Source: Actinomycetota bacterium
GTDB lineage: Bacteria; Actinomycetota; Aquicultoria; SURF-47
Reading direction: 5' to 3'
DNA: 64,000 nucleotides
Assembly: GCA_003599235.1 (NCBI GenBank)
Contig: QZJE01000002.1
Span: 9,260 to 73,259, forward strand
Part shown: positions 29,896 to 39,501 of the stretch, piece by piece
How positions within the stretch are numbered: the first letter of the stretch is position 1
Layout of the letters: each line of letters begins with the position of its first letter
Made by a program: the position numbers and the translations under genes
Notes under the pieces: generated by a model
Told to the model about the DNA's origin: nothing
The model's input: only the letters and a program-made list of their open reading frames with translations
The model's database searches: none

Positions 29896-31416
29896 ATGCC
29901 GGCTTATATAGTTACTAAAGAGCAGATGGTTGCTATTGAAGAGCAATCTATAAAGAAGCAGAAGCACCCTATTTGGGAGTTGATGAAAGCTGCCGGCACT
30001 AAAGTAGCCGAGCAGATAATGTCTTTTGCAAAAAAAGAGCAAAAAATAACAATTCTCTGCGGCAAGGGCAATAACGGCGGCGATGGCTTAGTAGCTGCCC
30101 AGGTTCTTAAAAAATCTGGATATAAAAACGTCACCGTATATGTTACAGGTATAAAAGATGAATTAACGGATGCTTCTAAGAAGGCTTACCAAGAATTAAC
30201 GCCAGATTTATTAATCACCGATTATAAACAAGCAATTTTAAAAGCAGACATTATTCTCGACTGTCTTTTTGGATTTTCCCTGAAAGGAGAGGTTAAGGGG
30301 GTACCTAAAGAAATTATTGACCTTGTTAATAATTCTTTAGCTTATGTGGTTTCAGTAGATATGCCTTCGGGTTTAGAAGCTGACAGCGGCAAAGTCTATG
30401 GAAGTGCCGTCAAAGCAGATGAAACGCTTGCTCTTAGTTGTTTAAAAATCGGACAAATCCAAGCACAAGGCCCTAACTACTGCGGTTTATTAAGTCTGAT
30501 AGATATCGGTATTAGTAGCCAAATAATTGAAGAAATAGCCAAAGTAAAAGCTTTAATGCCACAAGAAGCTGCCGAACTCTTACCTCAAAAGGAAACTACA
30601 GTACACAAAAGGGCAGCCGGTGTGGCCTTGGTAATAGCAGGTTCAAAAGGGATGATGGGAGCAGCAGCATTAACAGCTCAAAGTGCCTTAAGAAGCGGTG
30701 CCGGACTGGTTTATTTAGCTGTTCCACAGAGTCTTTTGATTATTGCTGAGCAGAAATTAACAGAGATAGTTAAGATACCGGTTAAGGAGTCAGATGAGGC
30801 TACTTTTTGCCCGGATTCTATAGGCGACCTACTAGATGTTGTATCCCAAACACAAGCTGTAGCGGTTGGCCCCGGTTTATCTGAGAAAAAGGAAGCTTAT
30901 GATTTTGTTAAGCAGTTTCTTTCAAAAACAGAGTCATCCCTTGTGATAGATGCTTCGGCTATCAATGCGTTTAAAGGGAAGCCAGAACTAATTAGGAAAA
31001 GCCGAAGCCAGAAGATACTAACGCCACATACGGGCGAATTAAGCCGTTTAATTGGGATGGATGCAACTGAAATACAGAACAATCGTATTGATGCTGCAAA
31101 AAGAGCATCTGATTTATCCGGTTCGACAGTAGTACTTAAAGGAGCCTATAGCGTCATCGCAAGTAATGACGAGACATGGGTTAATTTAACAGGTAACCAA
31201 GGCTTAGCTTCTGCCGGAACAGGAGATGTTTTAACCGGGTTAATCTGCGGATTAATAGCCCAGGGTTTAAGTGGCTTTAATGCGGCCTTGCTGGGAACTT
31301 ATCTGCACGGGCTGGCTGCAGACTTAGCAGTTGGTGATTTAACACCGTATTGTCTGATAGCATCCGACCTGATAGCGTATTTACCACAGAGCATAAAATA
31401 TTTGGAGGAATTATGA
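29896..31416 (+). CDS. nnr: Bifunctional NAD(P)HX epimerase/dehydratase
   Basis: CGKGNNGGDG, VDMPSG, GPGL, TPH.GE, AGTGDVL. Confidence 0.95.
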   Translation: MPAYIVTKEQMVAIEEQSIKKQKHPIWELMKAAGTKVAEQIMSFAKKEQKITILCGKGNNGGDGLVAAQVLKKSGYKNVTVYVTGIKDELTDASKKAYQELTPDLLITDYKQAILKADIILDCLFGFSLKGEVKGVPKEIIDLVNNSLAYVVSVDMPSGLEADSGKVYGSAVKADETLALSCLKIGQIQAQGPNYCGLLSLIDIGISSQIIEEIAKVKALMPQEAAELLPQKETTVHKRAAGVALVIAGSKGMMGAAALTAQSALRSGAGLVYLAVPQSLLIIAEQKLTEIVKIPVKESDEATFCPDSIGDLLDVVSQTQAVAVGPGLSEKKEAYDFVKQFLSKTESSLVIDASAINAFKGKPELIRKSRSQKILTPHTGELSRLIGMDATEIQNNRIDAAKRASDLSGSTVVLKGAYSVIASNDETWVNLTGNQGLASAGTGDVLTGLICGLIAQGLSGFNAALLGTYLHGLAADLAVGDLTPYCLIASDLIAYLPQSIKYLEEL

Positions 31417-31868
31417 CAAAAGCACACGAAATAATGACTAAAGATGTCGCAACCCTAAATCCGGAGACCTCAGTAAAGGATGCGGCAAAGTTATTTGCCA
31501 AAAAAGGAATCGGGGGGGCACCGGTTATAGATGAAAACGGCAACTTAGTAGGCATAGTCAGCGAAAGCGATTTGATTATGCGTGATGTCAAAGCCCACTT
31601 TCCCCACTATATTGCATTATTAGATAGCGTAATTTTTCTAGGCGGCCTGCACCAATACGAGGAGCAGGTTAAAAAGGCAGTGGGGGCAACCGTAGGCCAG
31701 GTAATGACTACAGAAGTAGTAACCGTCACCGAGGATGCCTCTATAGAAGAGGTAGCTCAGCTGATGATGGAAAAGCATATTAGCCGCTTGCCGGTGGTTA
31801 AAGATAATAAGATAAGGGGTATTATCACCAAGCGCAATATCGTTGCTACCATTGGGAGCGCTAAGTGA
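31413..31868 (+). CDS. CBS-domain pair protein
   Basis: IMT..V, PV.D..G.LVGIVSE.D, LPVV..GIIT; GGAGG before ATG 31413. Confidence 0.9.
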   Translation: MTKAHEIMTKDVATLNPETSVKDAAKLFAKKGIGGAPVIDENGNLVGIVSESDLIMRDVKAHFPHYIALLDSVIFLGGLHQYEEQVKKAVGATVGQVMTTEVVTVTEDASIEEVAQLMMEKHISRLPVVKDNKIRGIITKRNIVATIGSAK

Positions 31869-32965
31869 TAAGACAAGCTTATGCAGAAATAGACATAAGC
31901 GCTATAAAGTCTAATATTGCAGCACTAAAAAAACTACTGCCTGGCAAGACCCAATTTATGGCGGTTGTTAAAGCCAACGGTTACGGCCATGGAAGCGTAC
32001 AGGTTGCTAAAGCTGCTCTTAGTGCCGGAGCAAATCGTCTAGGGGTAGCACTAGTCGAAGAAGCGATTCCCTTAAGGCAAGCCGGTATTATTGCTCCCAT
32101 TCAGTTGTTAACTGCAGTTCCAGCAGAGGGTTTAAATAAAATTAGTGAATTAGATTTAATTGTGGCAGTTTACACTAAAGAGCAAGCAGACAGCCTAAAT
32201 AAATTGGGTAAACCGGTAAAAGTGCATATCAAAGCCGATACCGGAATGAACAGAATCGGTGTTTCACACAAAGATGCGCAGGGATTTATTGATTACGTAA
32301 GCGGCCTTAATAATATAGAGATAGAAGGAATGTTTACTCATTTTGCAACTGCCGACCAACAACCTTCCGATTATGCTAAGGAACAATGGACAAGGTTTAA
32401 AGATATTGTTCAAGCGGCTAAAGAAAGTAATCCTTTATTAATAGCACACGCGGCTAACAGTGCTGCTACTATTCTTTATCCCCAGTCTCATCTAGACATG
32501 GTGCGCGTAGGTATTGCTATGTACGGCTTACATCCAAGCAGTGTTACTAAAAGTAAAATTAACCTCTGCCCAGCTCTATCTCTTAAAGCGAAGCTTTCAT
32601 ATGTTAAAAAAGTAGGCCCAGGTGAGTGTATCAGTTACGGGGCAACCCACACTACCTCAAAGAGAACGGTCGTAGGTACTATTCCTTTAGGTTATGCCGA
32701 CGGCTATACAAGGTTACTATCTAATAAATGTGAAATATTGGTAGGCGGTAGGCGGTGCAAACAAATAGGCCGGATTTGCATGGATCAATTTATGGTCGAT
32801 TTAGACAACATTGATGCAAAAACTAACGACGAGGCGGTTTTAATCGGACGCCAGGGAAATGAGGAGATAACCGCTGATGAGCTAGCCCAAATACTAGGCA
32901 CCATTAATTACGAAATTGTTTGCAAGGTAGCCTCAAGGATTCCCAGAGTATATATAAATGGATGA
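31865..32965 (+). CDS. alr: Alanine racemase
   Basis: AVVKANGYGHG, HIK.DTGM.R.G, GYADG, GR.CMD. Confidence 0.97.
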   Translation: MIRQAYAEIDISAIKSNIAALKKLLPGKTQFMAVVKANGYGHGSVQVAKAALSAGANRLGVALVEEAIPLRQAGIIAPIQLLTAVPAEGLNKISELDLIVAVYTKEQADSLNKLGKPVKVHIKADTGMNRIGVSHKDAQGFIDYVSGLNNIEIEGMFTHFATADQQPSDYAKEQWTRFKDIVQAAKESNPLLIAHAANSAATILYPQSHLDMVRVGIAMYGLHPSSVTKSKINLCPALSLKAKLSYVKKVGPGECISYGATHTTSKRTVVGTIPLGYADGYTRLLSNKCEILVGGRRCKQIGRICMDQFMVDLDNIDAKTNDEAVLIGRQGNEEITADELAQILGTINYEIVCKVASRIPRVYING

Positions 32966-33323
32966 TTTGATAAAGGTAGAAATAAAGGATTTAGAAATAT
33001 TTGGCTATCACGGAGTCTTAGATTCTGAAAAAGAAAACGGCCAAACTTTTAAGATTTGTCTAAACTACTGGATAGCTGAAAAAGATTTCGCAGATAATGT
33101 TGAAAATACCATTGATTACGCCAGGGTTACAAAAGTAATCGAAAAAACTTTTAAAGCTAAAAGATACAATTTACTGGAAACCCTGGCTCAAGCTATTCTT
33201 AAAACTCTATTTGCGAAGTTTGATGGTATTGTTAAAGCTAAAATAAAGCTTAAAAAACCCCAAGTGGAATTATCATCTAACGTTGATTCAGTCTCTGTTT
33301 CATTAAGTAAATCCAGCTCTTAA
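32958..33323 (+). CDS. folB: Dihydroneopterin aldolase
   Basis: GYHGV..E...GQ.F, TIDY, LLE.LA, KP. Confidence 0.9.
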   Translation: MDDLIKVEIKDLEIFGYHGVLDSEKENGQTFKICLNYWIAEKDFADNVENTIDYARVTKVIEKTFKAKRYNLLETLAQAILKTLFAKFDGIVKAKIKLKKPQVELSSNVDSVSVSLSKSSS

Positions 33324-33463
33324 CATAGAGCAATCACGCCACCTCTAATATTTTGAAATACATGTTTTCTTAATATCGATTTCTGGTATTAATAGTCATG
33401 TATTTATGAGATTAAGGTGCAAGCAATCAGTTGATTGATGTAAAATATTAAAACCAAAAATGA

Positions 33464-34651
33464 GTGTTAATGACTAAAACAGATTTATTAAATGAAGCCA
33501 AAAAGAATATTTATAGTTTTAGTTCAGGCGATGCGTCTGACGTTATCAGCAGGCTTAATTTAGGCTATGGCGTAGGCAAAATAATCTATGCTCTACAAAA
33601 AAGAAAAATGCCTTACGAACGCACAATGTGCATTTCTGCACCGGACAGCGGAATTACCCGGAATAAAGAAAGGTGGCAAGCCGGATTTGGGTATGGTTGC
33701 TTAATCCGCTGGCCCGGTGAGCAAGAAACAGGCAAGCTTATTATGTTCCCGCAAGTTAAGCCAAATGCTTGCGGTATGTTGGTTGCTAAAATATCAAAAA
33801 GTTATGAGCCTAAGGAACTTTGCGACCGCCTTCATCATCTGGAAAAAAATGGATTTTCAAAGGATAGCGAAGCTGCCAAGCTTAATTTAGGCGTAAGCAA
33901 TCATTTTATCGAACTCTGCAGAGTAACAAAATCCAAGGACAACAGGTTAACCCAAAACGACTTAGTGGTTGTCATCCACACCTCTGCTTCTGAGAAAAAG
34001 TCTATTTTGTATGATTTTAACAACTGGCAAAACAAAGGCGGAAAATGGGAACAAACTCCCCTGGGGCCGCTGCTAGTTTTAGAAGACCAAGCTGCTAAAC
34101 AGTACTTGGAGGAATACAACAAAATAGAGCAATACAGTATCAAAAAAAGGAAAGCCATAGCTGAGCACCTTTTTGGTGACGCCAGCGAGATTTGTAATCC
34201 CACCCATCAGGGACTAACAGCAGACAATGAAGTGAGGCTGGGTTCTTATCGCGTTGATGACGGTAAGTGCTTGTTTCCAGTTACTTTTCGCTGGGATTTA
34301 CAAATCCACCTGGTTTCAGCGTTACCAAATCTTTCAGATGATGTAATTAAGCAAAAAGGTTACTATGGAACGGCTAAGCAAAGAGGCATCTTGGATTTGT
34401 TTAAGACTGCAAATATTCTGCCCCATGGCGGGGGATACCAGATTCCATTCTCAGCTACGGGCTGGAATATCATCGAAAACGGCAGTAAGAGACTGTTTTC
34501 AAACAAGGATTTGGATAATCACTTCGTTTTTACTTCACCCTCGGAGTTACCTTACAATTATCGCGGCTTGCAAGTAATGGATAAAATTGACAAACTTAAA
34601 CTAGGGAAAAGTGTAGTCAGCTTAAAGCAGTTATATACTTTAAAATACTAA
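33464..34651 (+). CDS. Divergent RtcB-fold protein
   Basis: In order: APD, PNACG, G.SNHFIE, IHTS, THQ, PHGGG, PYNYR, C-terminal LK; start GTG 33464 or ATG 33470. Confidence 0.7.
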   Translation: MLMTKTDLLNEAKKNIYSFSSGDASDVISRLNLGYGVGKIIYALQKRKMPYERTMCISAPDSGITRNKERWQAGFGYGCLIRWPGEQETGKLIMFPQVKPNACGMLVAKISKSYEPKELCDRLHHLEKNGFSKDSEAAKLNLGVSNHFIELCRVTKSKDNRLTQNDLVVVIHTSASEKKSILYDFNNWQNKGGKWEQTPLGPLLVLEDQAAKQYLEEYNKIEQYSIKKRKAIAEHLFGDASEICNPTHQGLTADNEVRLGSYRVDDGKCLFPVTFRWDLQIHLVSALPNLSDDVIKQKGYYGTAKQRGILDLFKTANILPHGGGYQIPFSATGWNIIENGSKRLFSNKDLDNHFVFTSPSELPYNYRGLQVMDKIDKLKLGKSVVSLKQLYTLKY

Positions 34652-34672
34652 CCTCAAGAACCAAAGGACAAT

Positions 34673-36013
34673 ATGTTTGATAAAGACGTAAGCAGGCTTA
34701 TTCATTTTTCAAGCTTTTTTGGGTTTCCCCAGATATCTCTAGAGCCGATTAGGCTTCGCCAAGACAGTGCTCTTGCAGGCGATTTAATCCAAGGGGCAAT
34801 AAACAAGCTTAAAACAACCAACAGCAATGTAACTAATAAACCGTCTTTTTTTGCAGGCTCAGTTGATTTTATGGTTAAAAATATCGCCGGCAAAAAAACG
34901 TTCTATGTCTTAGAAACCAACGGTGGCAGCAGCCGGGGATTTTCAGCTCTGCCATTTAAGCATTGGAGGCAAGCTTACGATGGCTATACTGAAACTCTTA
35001 ACCATATTCACAAAAAAAATCCATTAGTAGTCTTAGCTAGCCCAAACTCCGATTTGTTATTTTACGAAAAAGTTTTATTAGCCGAGCACTTTCTAACCAA
35101 GCTAAAGACATTTAGCGAAAAAGCAAAAACTGTAGCTATTAATAACCTAGAGCCCAAAGATTTAAAGGGCAAGCCGCTGGTGGTTATCGGCGACTATCAA
35201 TCGATTATTCCAAGGGTAAAGTTATCTAACAATTACCTAACATTGGATGGCAAGCAAATAGATGTTTTGATAGGAGACGGTGCAGCCCGGCGCTGTGCTG
35301 CAGTAGTCAAACATCTTCATAAAAAAAGCCTTAAGACTATTATTGTAAACGATGTTTTCTTTATTACAGACGATAAATCCCTTACTTATCAAGCGGTAGA
35401 GATGGCAAACAAAACGCTGGGGCTGCATGGAGTTGAGCCTATTATTTTCAAGAGAGCATTCTCATATGAAGATTTGTATTTTAAATGCCGCCAAGCCTTA
35501 GAAGAGCTGCCGGAGATACTTATTAAGCCTCATGGCGGCAGCGGGGGCTCCGGCATAGATATTATTACCGATAAACGCCAAATTAAGAAAAAAATAGAAA
35601 GCAGTATCAGCCATTATCACAACAAGTTTGGCCAAAACCGCAATCCTTACCCCTATACTATTTGTCAGCGGGTAGAAGCGACTCCTATAACCTGGAATGA
35701 TAGCTTGCGTCATTTTGATATCAGGGTCTATATCGGCAGAAAAGGCAAGGCAATTGTTCCCACCGGAGCACTGATGAGGATAGCCTTAGAGCCTTTTAAC
35801 GGCTACTTTACCAAAAAGAGTTTTGTTGTTAATCTCTCAGGCTACGAAGGGGTAGATACCGACCGGGGGTTAGGGGTAAGCAAGGCCAGTTTAGCTCTGC
35901 TAGGTTTAAGTAAGAATGATTTTGCTAAAATGTTTGCTGTTGCTTGCTCACTGTGCGCTTATATATCCAATAATTATCAGGAAATAATGCTGGCCAGTAA
36001 AAAAGATGCGTAG
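34673..36013 (+). CDS. Circularly permuted ATP-grasp ligase
   Basis: N-terminal VDF...YVLETN; C-terminal DK, IKPHGGSGG.G, ICQ, FDIRVY, VVNLS. Confidence 0.75.
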   Translation: MFDKDVSRLIHFSSFFGFPQISLEPIRLRQDSALAGDLIQGAINKLKTTNSNVTNKPSFFAGSVDFMVKNIAGKKTFYVLETNGGSSRGFSALPFKHWRQAYDGYTETLNHIHKKNPLVVLASPNSDLLFYEKVLLAEHFLTKLKTFSEKAKTVAINNLEPKDLKGKPLVVIGDYQSIIPRVKLSNNYLTLDGKQIDVLIGDGAARRCAAVVKHLHKKSLKTIIVNDVFFITDDKSLTYQAVEMANKTLGLHGVEPIIFKRAFSYEDLYFKCRQALEELPEILIKPHGGSGGSGIDIITDKRQIKKKIESSISHYHNKFGQNRNPYPYTICQRVEATPITWNDSLRHFDIRVYIGRKGKAIVPTGALMRIALEPFNGYFTKKSFVVNLSGYEGVDTDRGLGVSKASLALLGLSKNDFAKMFAVACSLCAYISNNYQEIMLASKKDA

Positions 36014-36938
36014 AATAAATATAGGGGAATTAAACATTAATCAAAAACCGGTAAAAGAATATTTTTCGCTAGAACTTTTTGGTTTGGTAGATGGCTCCAA
36101 TATAAGCTTACCGGTGGCCCTAATCAGTAACCAAGATGGCCCAATCGTTACCATTATAGCTGCTCAACATGGTAACGAATGGAACGGCTCTTATGTTGCC
36201 GATACCTTATATAACTCGCTTATTTTAGATGATGTAGTGGGGCGGATAATAATTCTACCCATTGCTAACCCGCCGGCTTTCTTACAAAAAGGACGAGTTA
36301 GTAGCTTCGACTATATCGATATGAACCGCACTTTTGGCTTTGTTAAACGCAGAAAACCAACAGAACACTTAGCTAAAATCATTTTCGAAGAGTTTGTTTT
36401 AAAATCAGATTATTTAGTAGATCTACATAGCGGAGGCCCCGGACAATATCTGCCCATAGTAGAGGTATATAATTCCAAAAGGATAGATTTAGCCCTTAGC
36501 TTTAATTTAGATAAAGCCATGGTGGTTAAAAAAGATGTCGGCTCTATTATCCTAAACGCCGAGAAGAACGGTGTACAATCCTTCTCAATTGAGGCCGGCC
36601 GGGCCTTAAAGATTAATTACGATTATGCTGAACTATTATTAAAGGGGCTTACTAATTTCTTGAAAGCTACCGGTGTTTTAAAGAGTAAGCCGGTGGTAAA
36701 AGAAAACCAAACATTATATAAAGGCAAAACAGTTGTTCCTTCTACAATTTCAGGGTTTTTTAAAACAGAGCTAAAGCTGGGGCAGAAGGTTAAAAAAGGG
36801 GATGTCTTAGCTAAGATTAAGCCTTTTTTTAAGTCAGAGCCTACCGAGATAATAAACACTACTAATGGTACGGTAATTTATCTGCGATACGAAGAGCTGA
36901 TAAGCGAAGGCGAAAGCATCGTCCACATCGCCTATTAA
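36006..36938 (+). CDS. M14 succinylglutamate desuccinylase/aspartoacylase family peptidase
   Basis: QHGNE, DMNR, DLHSG, EAG, C-terminal biotinyl-like domain. Confidence 0.9.
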   Translation: MRRINIGELNINQKPVKEYFSLELFGLVDGSNISLPVALISNQDGPIVTIIAAQHGNEWNGSYVADTLYNSLILDDVVGRIIILPIANPPAFLQKGRVSSFDYIDMNRTFGFVKRRKPTEHLAKIIFEEFVLKSDYLVDLHSGGPGQYLPIVEVYNSKRIDLALSFNLDKAMVVKKDVGSIILNAEKNGVQSFSIEAGRALKINYDYAELLLKGLTNFLKATGVLKSKPVVKENQTLYKGKTVVPSTISGFFKTELKLGQKVKKGDVLAKIKPFFKSEPTEIINTTNGTVIYLRYEELISEGESIVHIAY

Positions 36939-36976
36939 TCTTAAACCATCTCACTAATTATTAGTCAAAAAATGTT

Positions 36977-37279
36977 CTAAACCGGTTTTACTGATCTAAT
37001 TGAATGCTTAAATACCAGCTCTGAATCGGAGCCGCTTTCTGATTGAATGAGGATGCAATATTCATCATAGGCAGCGATAATCCCGATAAGAGAGCTACCA
37101 TCTATTAAGCCTATCTGAGTTAATTTATTATCGTTAATTAAGTTTTCGAAGATTCGGTTTTGTAAAGCTCCTCTGTTTCTTGGAAGCTTTTTATTGTTAG
37201 CCATACCTTCCCTGTAAGCCGGAGGCTTGATTCCTGCCTCTTTCATTGCTTTTTGCATTGCTGTTTGATTGTTCACCAT
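36977..37279 (-). CDS. hfq: Hfq-like Sm-fold RNA chaperone with N-terminal extension
   Basis: LQ...F..L, I.L.DG..L.G.I..YD.Y.ILI, LVFKHSI..V.P. Confidence 0.75.
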   Translation of the reverse strand: MVNNQTAMQKAMKEAGIKPPAYREGMANNKKLPRNRGALQNRIFENLINDNKLTQIGLIDGSSLIGIIAAYDEYCILIQSESGSDSELVFKHSIRSVKPV

Positions 37280-37321
37280 AGATATATATCCTTTATCAGG
37301 AAATTAATAACAAGTCTTCTT

Positions 37322-37480
37322 TGTAAGTAGGTTTCTTGCTCCATTCGCATGCTATGGCTTCAACCTCATTACGCGGGGCGAAATTTGAACTTACGAACGG
37401 ACAATTCAACAAATTTGCCGCCGCCGCTTAATTTCTGTTTCAGCGCATGCTGCTCAAAGTCGCAATTAAACCTACTTACA
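37322..37480. other. 159-bp rod-like hairpin element (ncRNA or MITE)
   Basis: 13-bp perfect terminal IR TGTAAGTAGGTTT/AAACCTACTTACA with nested GCATGC and GGCGAAATTTG/CAAATTTGCC pairings. Confidence 0.65.
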
Positions 37481-37542
37481 TCATAGAGAGATTTGATAGT
37501 TGTGGAATATATCTAGTAGGTGATATTCTTCGATTGATATCA

Positions 37543-38526
37543 ATGAGTAATTCAATTATTAGAGTTGAGAATCTAGTTAAAAAGTTCAATAGTTTTGAGG
37601 CAGTTAGCGATGTAAGCTTCGAGGTTTTTGAAGGCGAGACCTTCGGTTTTCTAGGTCCTAACGGGGCAGGTAAAACCACAACTATCAACGCTCTGGTAAC
37701 TATTGCCAAGCCAACTTCCGGCAAAGCGTATTTAAATGGTTTTAATGTAGTAGAGAATCCGGGGGATGTGCGTCGGTCGATAGGGATAGTTTTCCAGGAC
37801 CCCAGTTTGGATGAGCGCTTAACTGCCATAGATAACCTGCAATTCCACGGAATAATATATAACATCGATAAGCAAACAAGAAATAAAAATATTGCAACTA
37901 TGCTGGATATGATGAAGCTTACCGAGCGCCAAAACGACCTGGTAAGGACTTTTTCCGGCGGGATGAAAAGACGTTTAGAGATTGCAAGAGGTTTAATCCA
38001 TGAGCCCAAGGTGCTGTTTTTAGACGAGCCGACAATCGGTCTTGACCCTCAAACCAGGAACTATATTTGGACATATATCGACCGCCTAAAAGAGCGTACT
38101 GGGCTTACTATTTTCTTAACCACTCACTACATGGATGAAGCAGAGAACTGCGACCGCATTGCTATTATTGATGAGGGTAAAATCATTGCTCTAGATACGC
38201 CAGAGAATCTTAAAAAAATGGTTGGCGAAAACATCATCACCCTAAAAACAGAAGACAACGATAAGGCAAAAAAAGAGATACAAGATAAATTTGGTATTTC
38301 TTTAAAACAACGAGCTGATGCCATAAGGCTGGAAGTAAGTGATGGAGAAAAGTTTGTCCCCAAGCTAATTAAAGAAACTACGGTTAATATCGACTATATA
38401 AGCTTATGGAAACCAACCTTAGATGATGTTTTCTTAAAACTTACCGGCCGGGCAATAAGAGAAGAAAAAGCAGATGCTAGTGAGCAGATGAGGCAGCGCT
38501 CAAGGATGTGGATTAAAAGACGATGA
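37543..38526 (+). CDS. DrrA-family ABC exporter ATPase
   Basis: GPNGAGKTT, FSGGMKRR, LDEPT.GLD, TTHYMDEA. Confidence 0.93.
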   Translation: MSNSIIRVENLVKKFNSFEAVSDVSFEVFEGETFGFLGPNGAGKTTTINALVTIAKPTSGKAYLNGFNVVENPGDVRRSIGIVFQDPSLDERLTAIDNLQFHGIIYNIDKQTRNKNIATMLDMMKLTERQNDLVRTFSGGMKRRLEIARGLIHEPKVLFLDEPTIGLDPQTRNYIWTYIDRLKERTGLTIFLTTHYMDEAENCDRIAIIDEGKIIALDTPENLKKMVGENIITLKTEDNDKAKKEIQDKFGISLKQRADAIRLEVSDGEKFVPKLIKETTVNIDYISLWKPTLDDVFLKLTGRAIREEKADASEQMRQRSRMWIKRR

Positions 38527-39278
38527 ATATCAACCACAATGCCAAAGGCGCCTACGTTATTTGGCTTAGGGAACTAAAAAGGTATTGGGTTGATAAGCCC
38601 AGGATAATAAGCTCTTTAGCCCAACCTCTGCTGTTTTTGTTTATTCTGGGAACGGGTTTATCTAGAATCGGTAGTTCCAAGCTAGGTATTGAGTTTATTT
38701 TTCCGGGAATAATTGGAATGACGCTATTGTTCACTTCGATATTTAGTGCTGTTTCCATCGTCTGGGACCGGGAGTTCGGATTTTTAAAAGAAGTGCTGGT
38801 GGCTCCGGTTTCGCGCACCGCTGTAGCTATTGGCAAGGCTTTAGGCGGGGCCTCGGTAGCTATGATCCAAGGTACTTTAATACTGTTACTGGCGCCTTTT
38901 ATCGGGGTTGTATTAAATCCTATAATTTTGATTAAACTGTGGTCTTTTATGTTTTTAATTGCATTTTCTATTAACTCTCTCGGATTAATAGTGGCAGTTA
39001 GAATGAAAACCATGGAAGGTTTTCAGATGGTGATGAACTTCTTTTTGTTCCCCATGTTTTTACTATCCGGGGCATTGTTTCCCATAACCAGCTTACCTGG
39101 GTGGCTTTCGTATTTGGTTAGGGCTAATCCGTTAACCTATGGCGTAGATCTTTTAAGGCAAACCTTGCTGGGGCCACATGTGGCAGTATTTAGCCCGTAC
39201 TTTGATTTGGGCTTTCTTATTTGTTTTGCAATAATAGCTATTAGTGTTGCAGTGATAATGTTTAGAACAACAGAGTAA
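38523..39278 (+). CDS. ABC-2 type permease
   Basis: DREFGFLKE.LVAP, FLLSGA.FP, NPLTY.VD. Confidence 0.92.
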   Translation: MNINHNAKGAYVIWLRELKRYWVDKPRIISSLAQPLLFLFILGTGLSRIGSSKLGIEFIFPGIIGMTLLFTSIFSAVSIVWDREFGFLKEVLVAPVSRTAVAIGKALGGASVAMIQGTLILLLAPFIGVVLNPIILIKLWSFMFLIAFSINSLGLIVAVRMKTMEGFQMVMNFFLFPMFLLSGALFPITSLPGWLSYLVRANPLTYGVDLLRQTLLGPHVAVFSPYFDLGFLICFAIIAISVAVIMFRTTE

Positions 39279-39292
39279 TTGTATTAAGAGTT

Positions 39293-39412
39293 TAAAACTT
39301 AAAGATAAAAAGTCAAAGCCATAATTAATAATTAAAAATTAATACAGTTCAACAGTTTTAATAGCTTCTAATTTTGAGCTGTGATTTTTAGTTTTAAGCT
39401 TTTAGTTTTGAG
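39293..39412. repeat. Inverted pair of heptamer arrays without cargo
   Basis: AAAACTT AAAGATA AAAAGTC ... TTTTTAG TTTTAAG CTTTTAG TTTTGAG. Confidence 0.65.
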
Positions 39413-39419
39413 ATTATAT

Positions 39420-39494
39420 GCGGCAGTAGTTCAGTGGTAGAACGTCGGCTTCCCAAGCCGAAGATCGTGGGTTCGAGTCCCATCTGCCGCTCCA
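39420..39494 (+). tRNA. tRNA-Gly(CCC)
   Basis: GCGGCAG/CTGCCGC acceptor stem, TCGGC-TTCCCAA-GCCGA arm, GGTTCGAGTCC, encoded CCA. Confidence 0.96.
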
Positions 39495-39501
39495 GCTTCG
39501 C

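Noticed and set aside
37280-37321. Sigma-28 promoter for hfq (CCTGATAA)
   Set aside because: Two mismatches in the -10 and no TAAA at the correct spacing.
37355-37445. attC-like look of the inner hairpin
   Set aside because: R boxes are not properly complementary and there is no integron integrase or cassette array.
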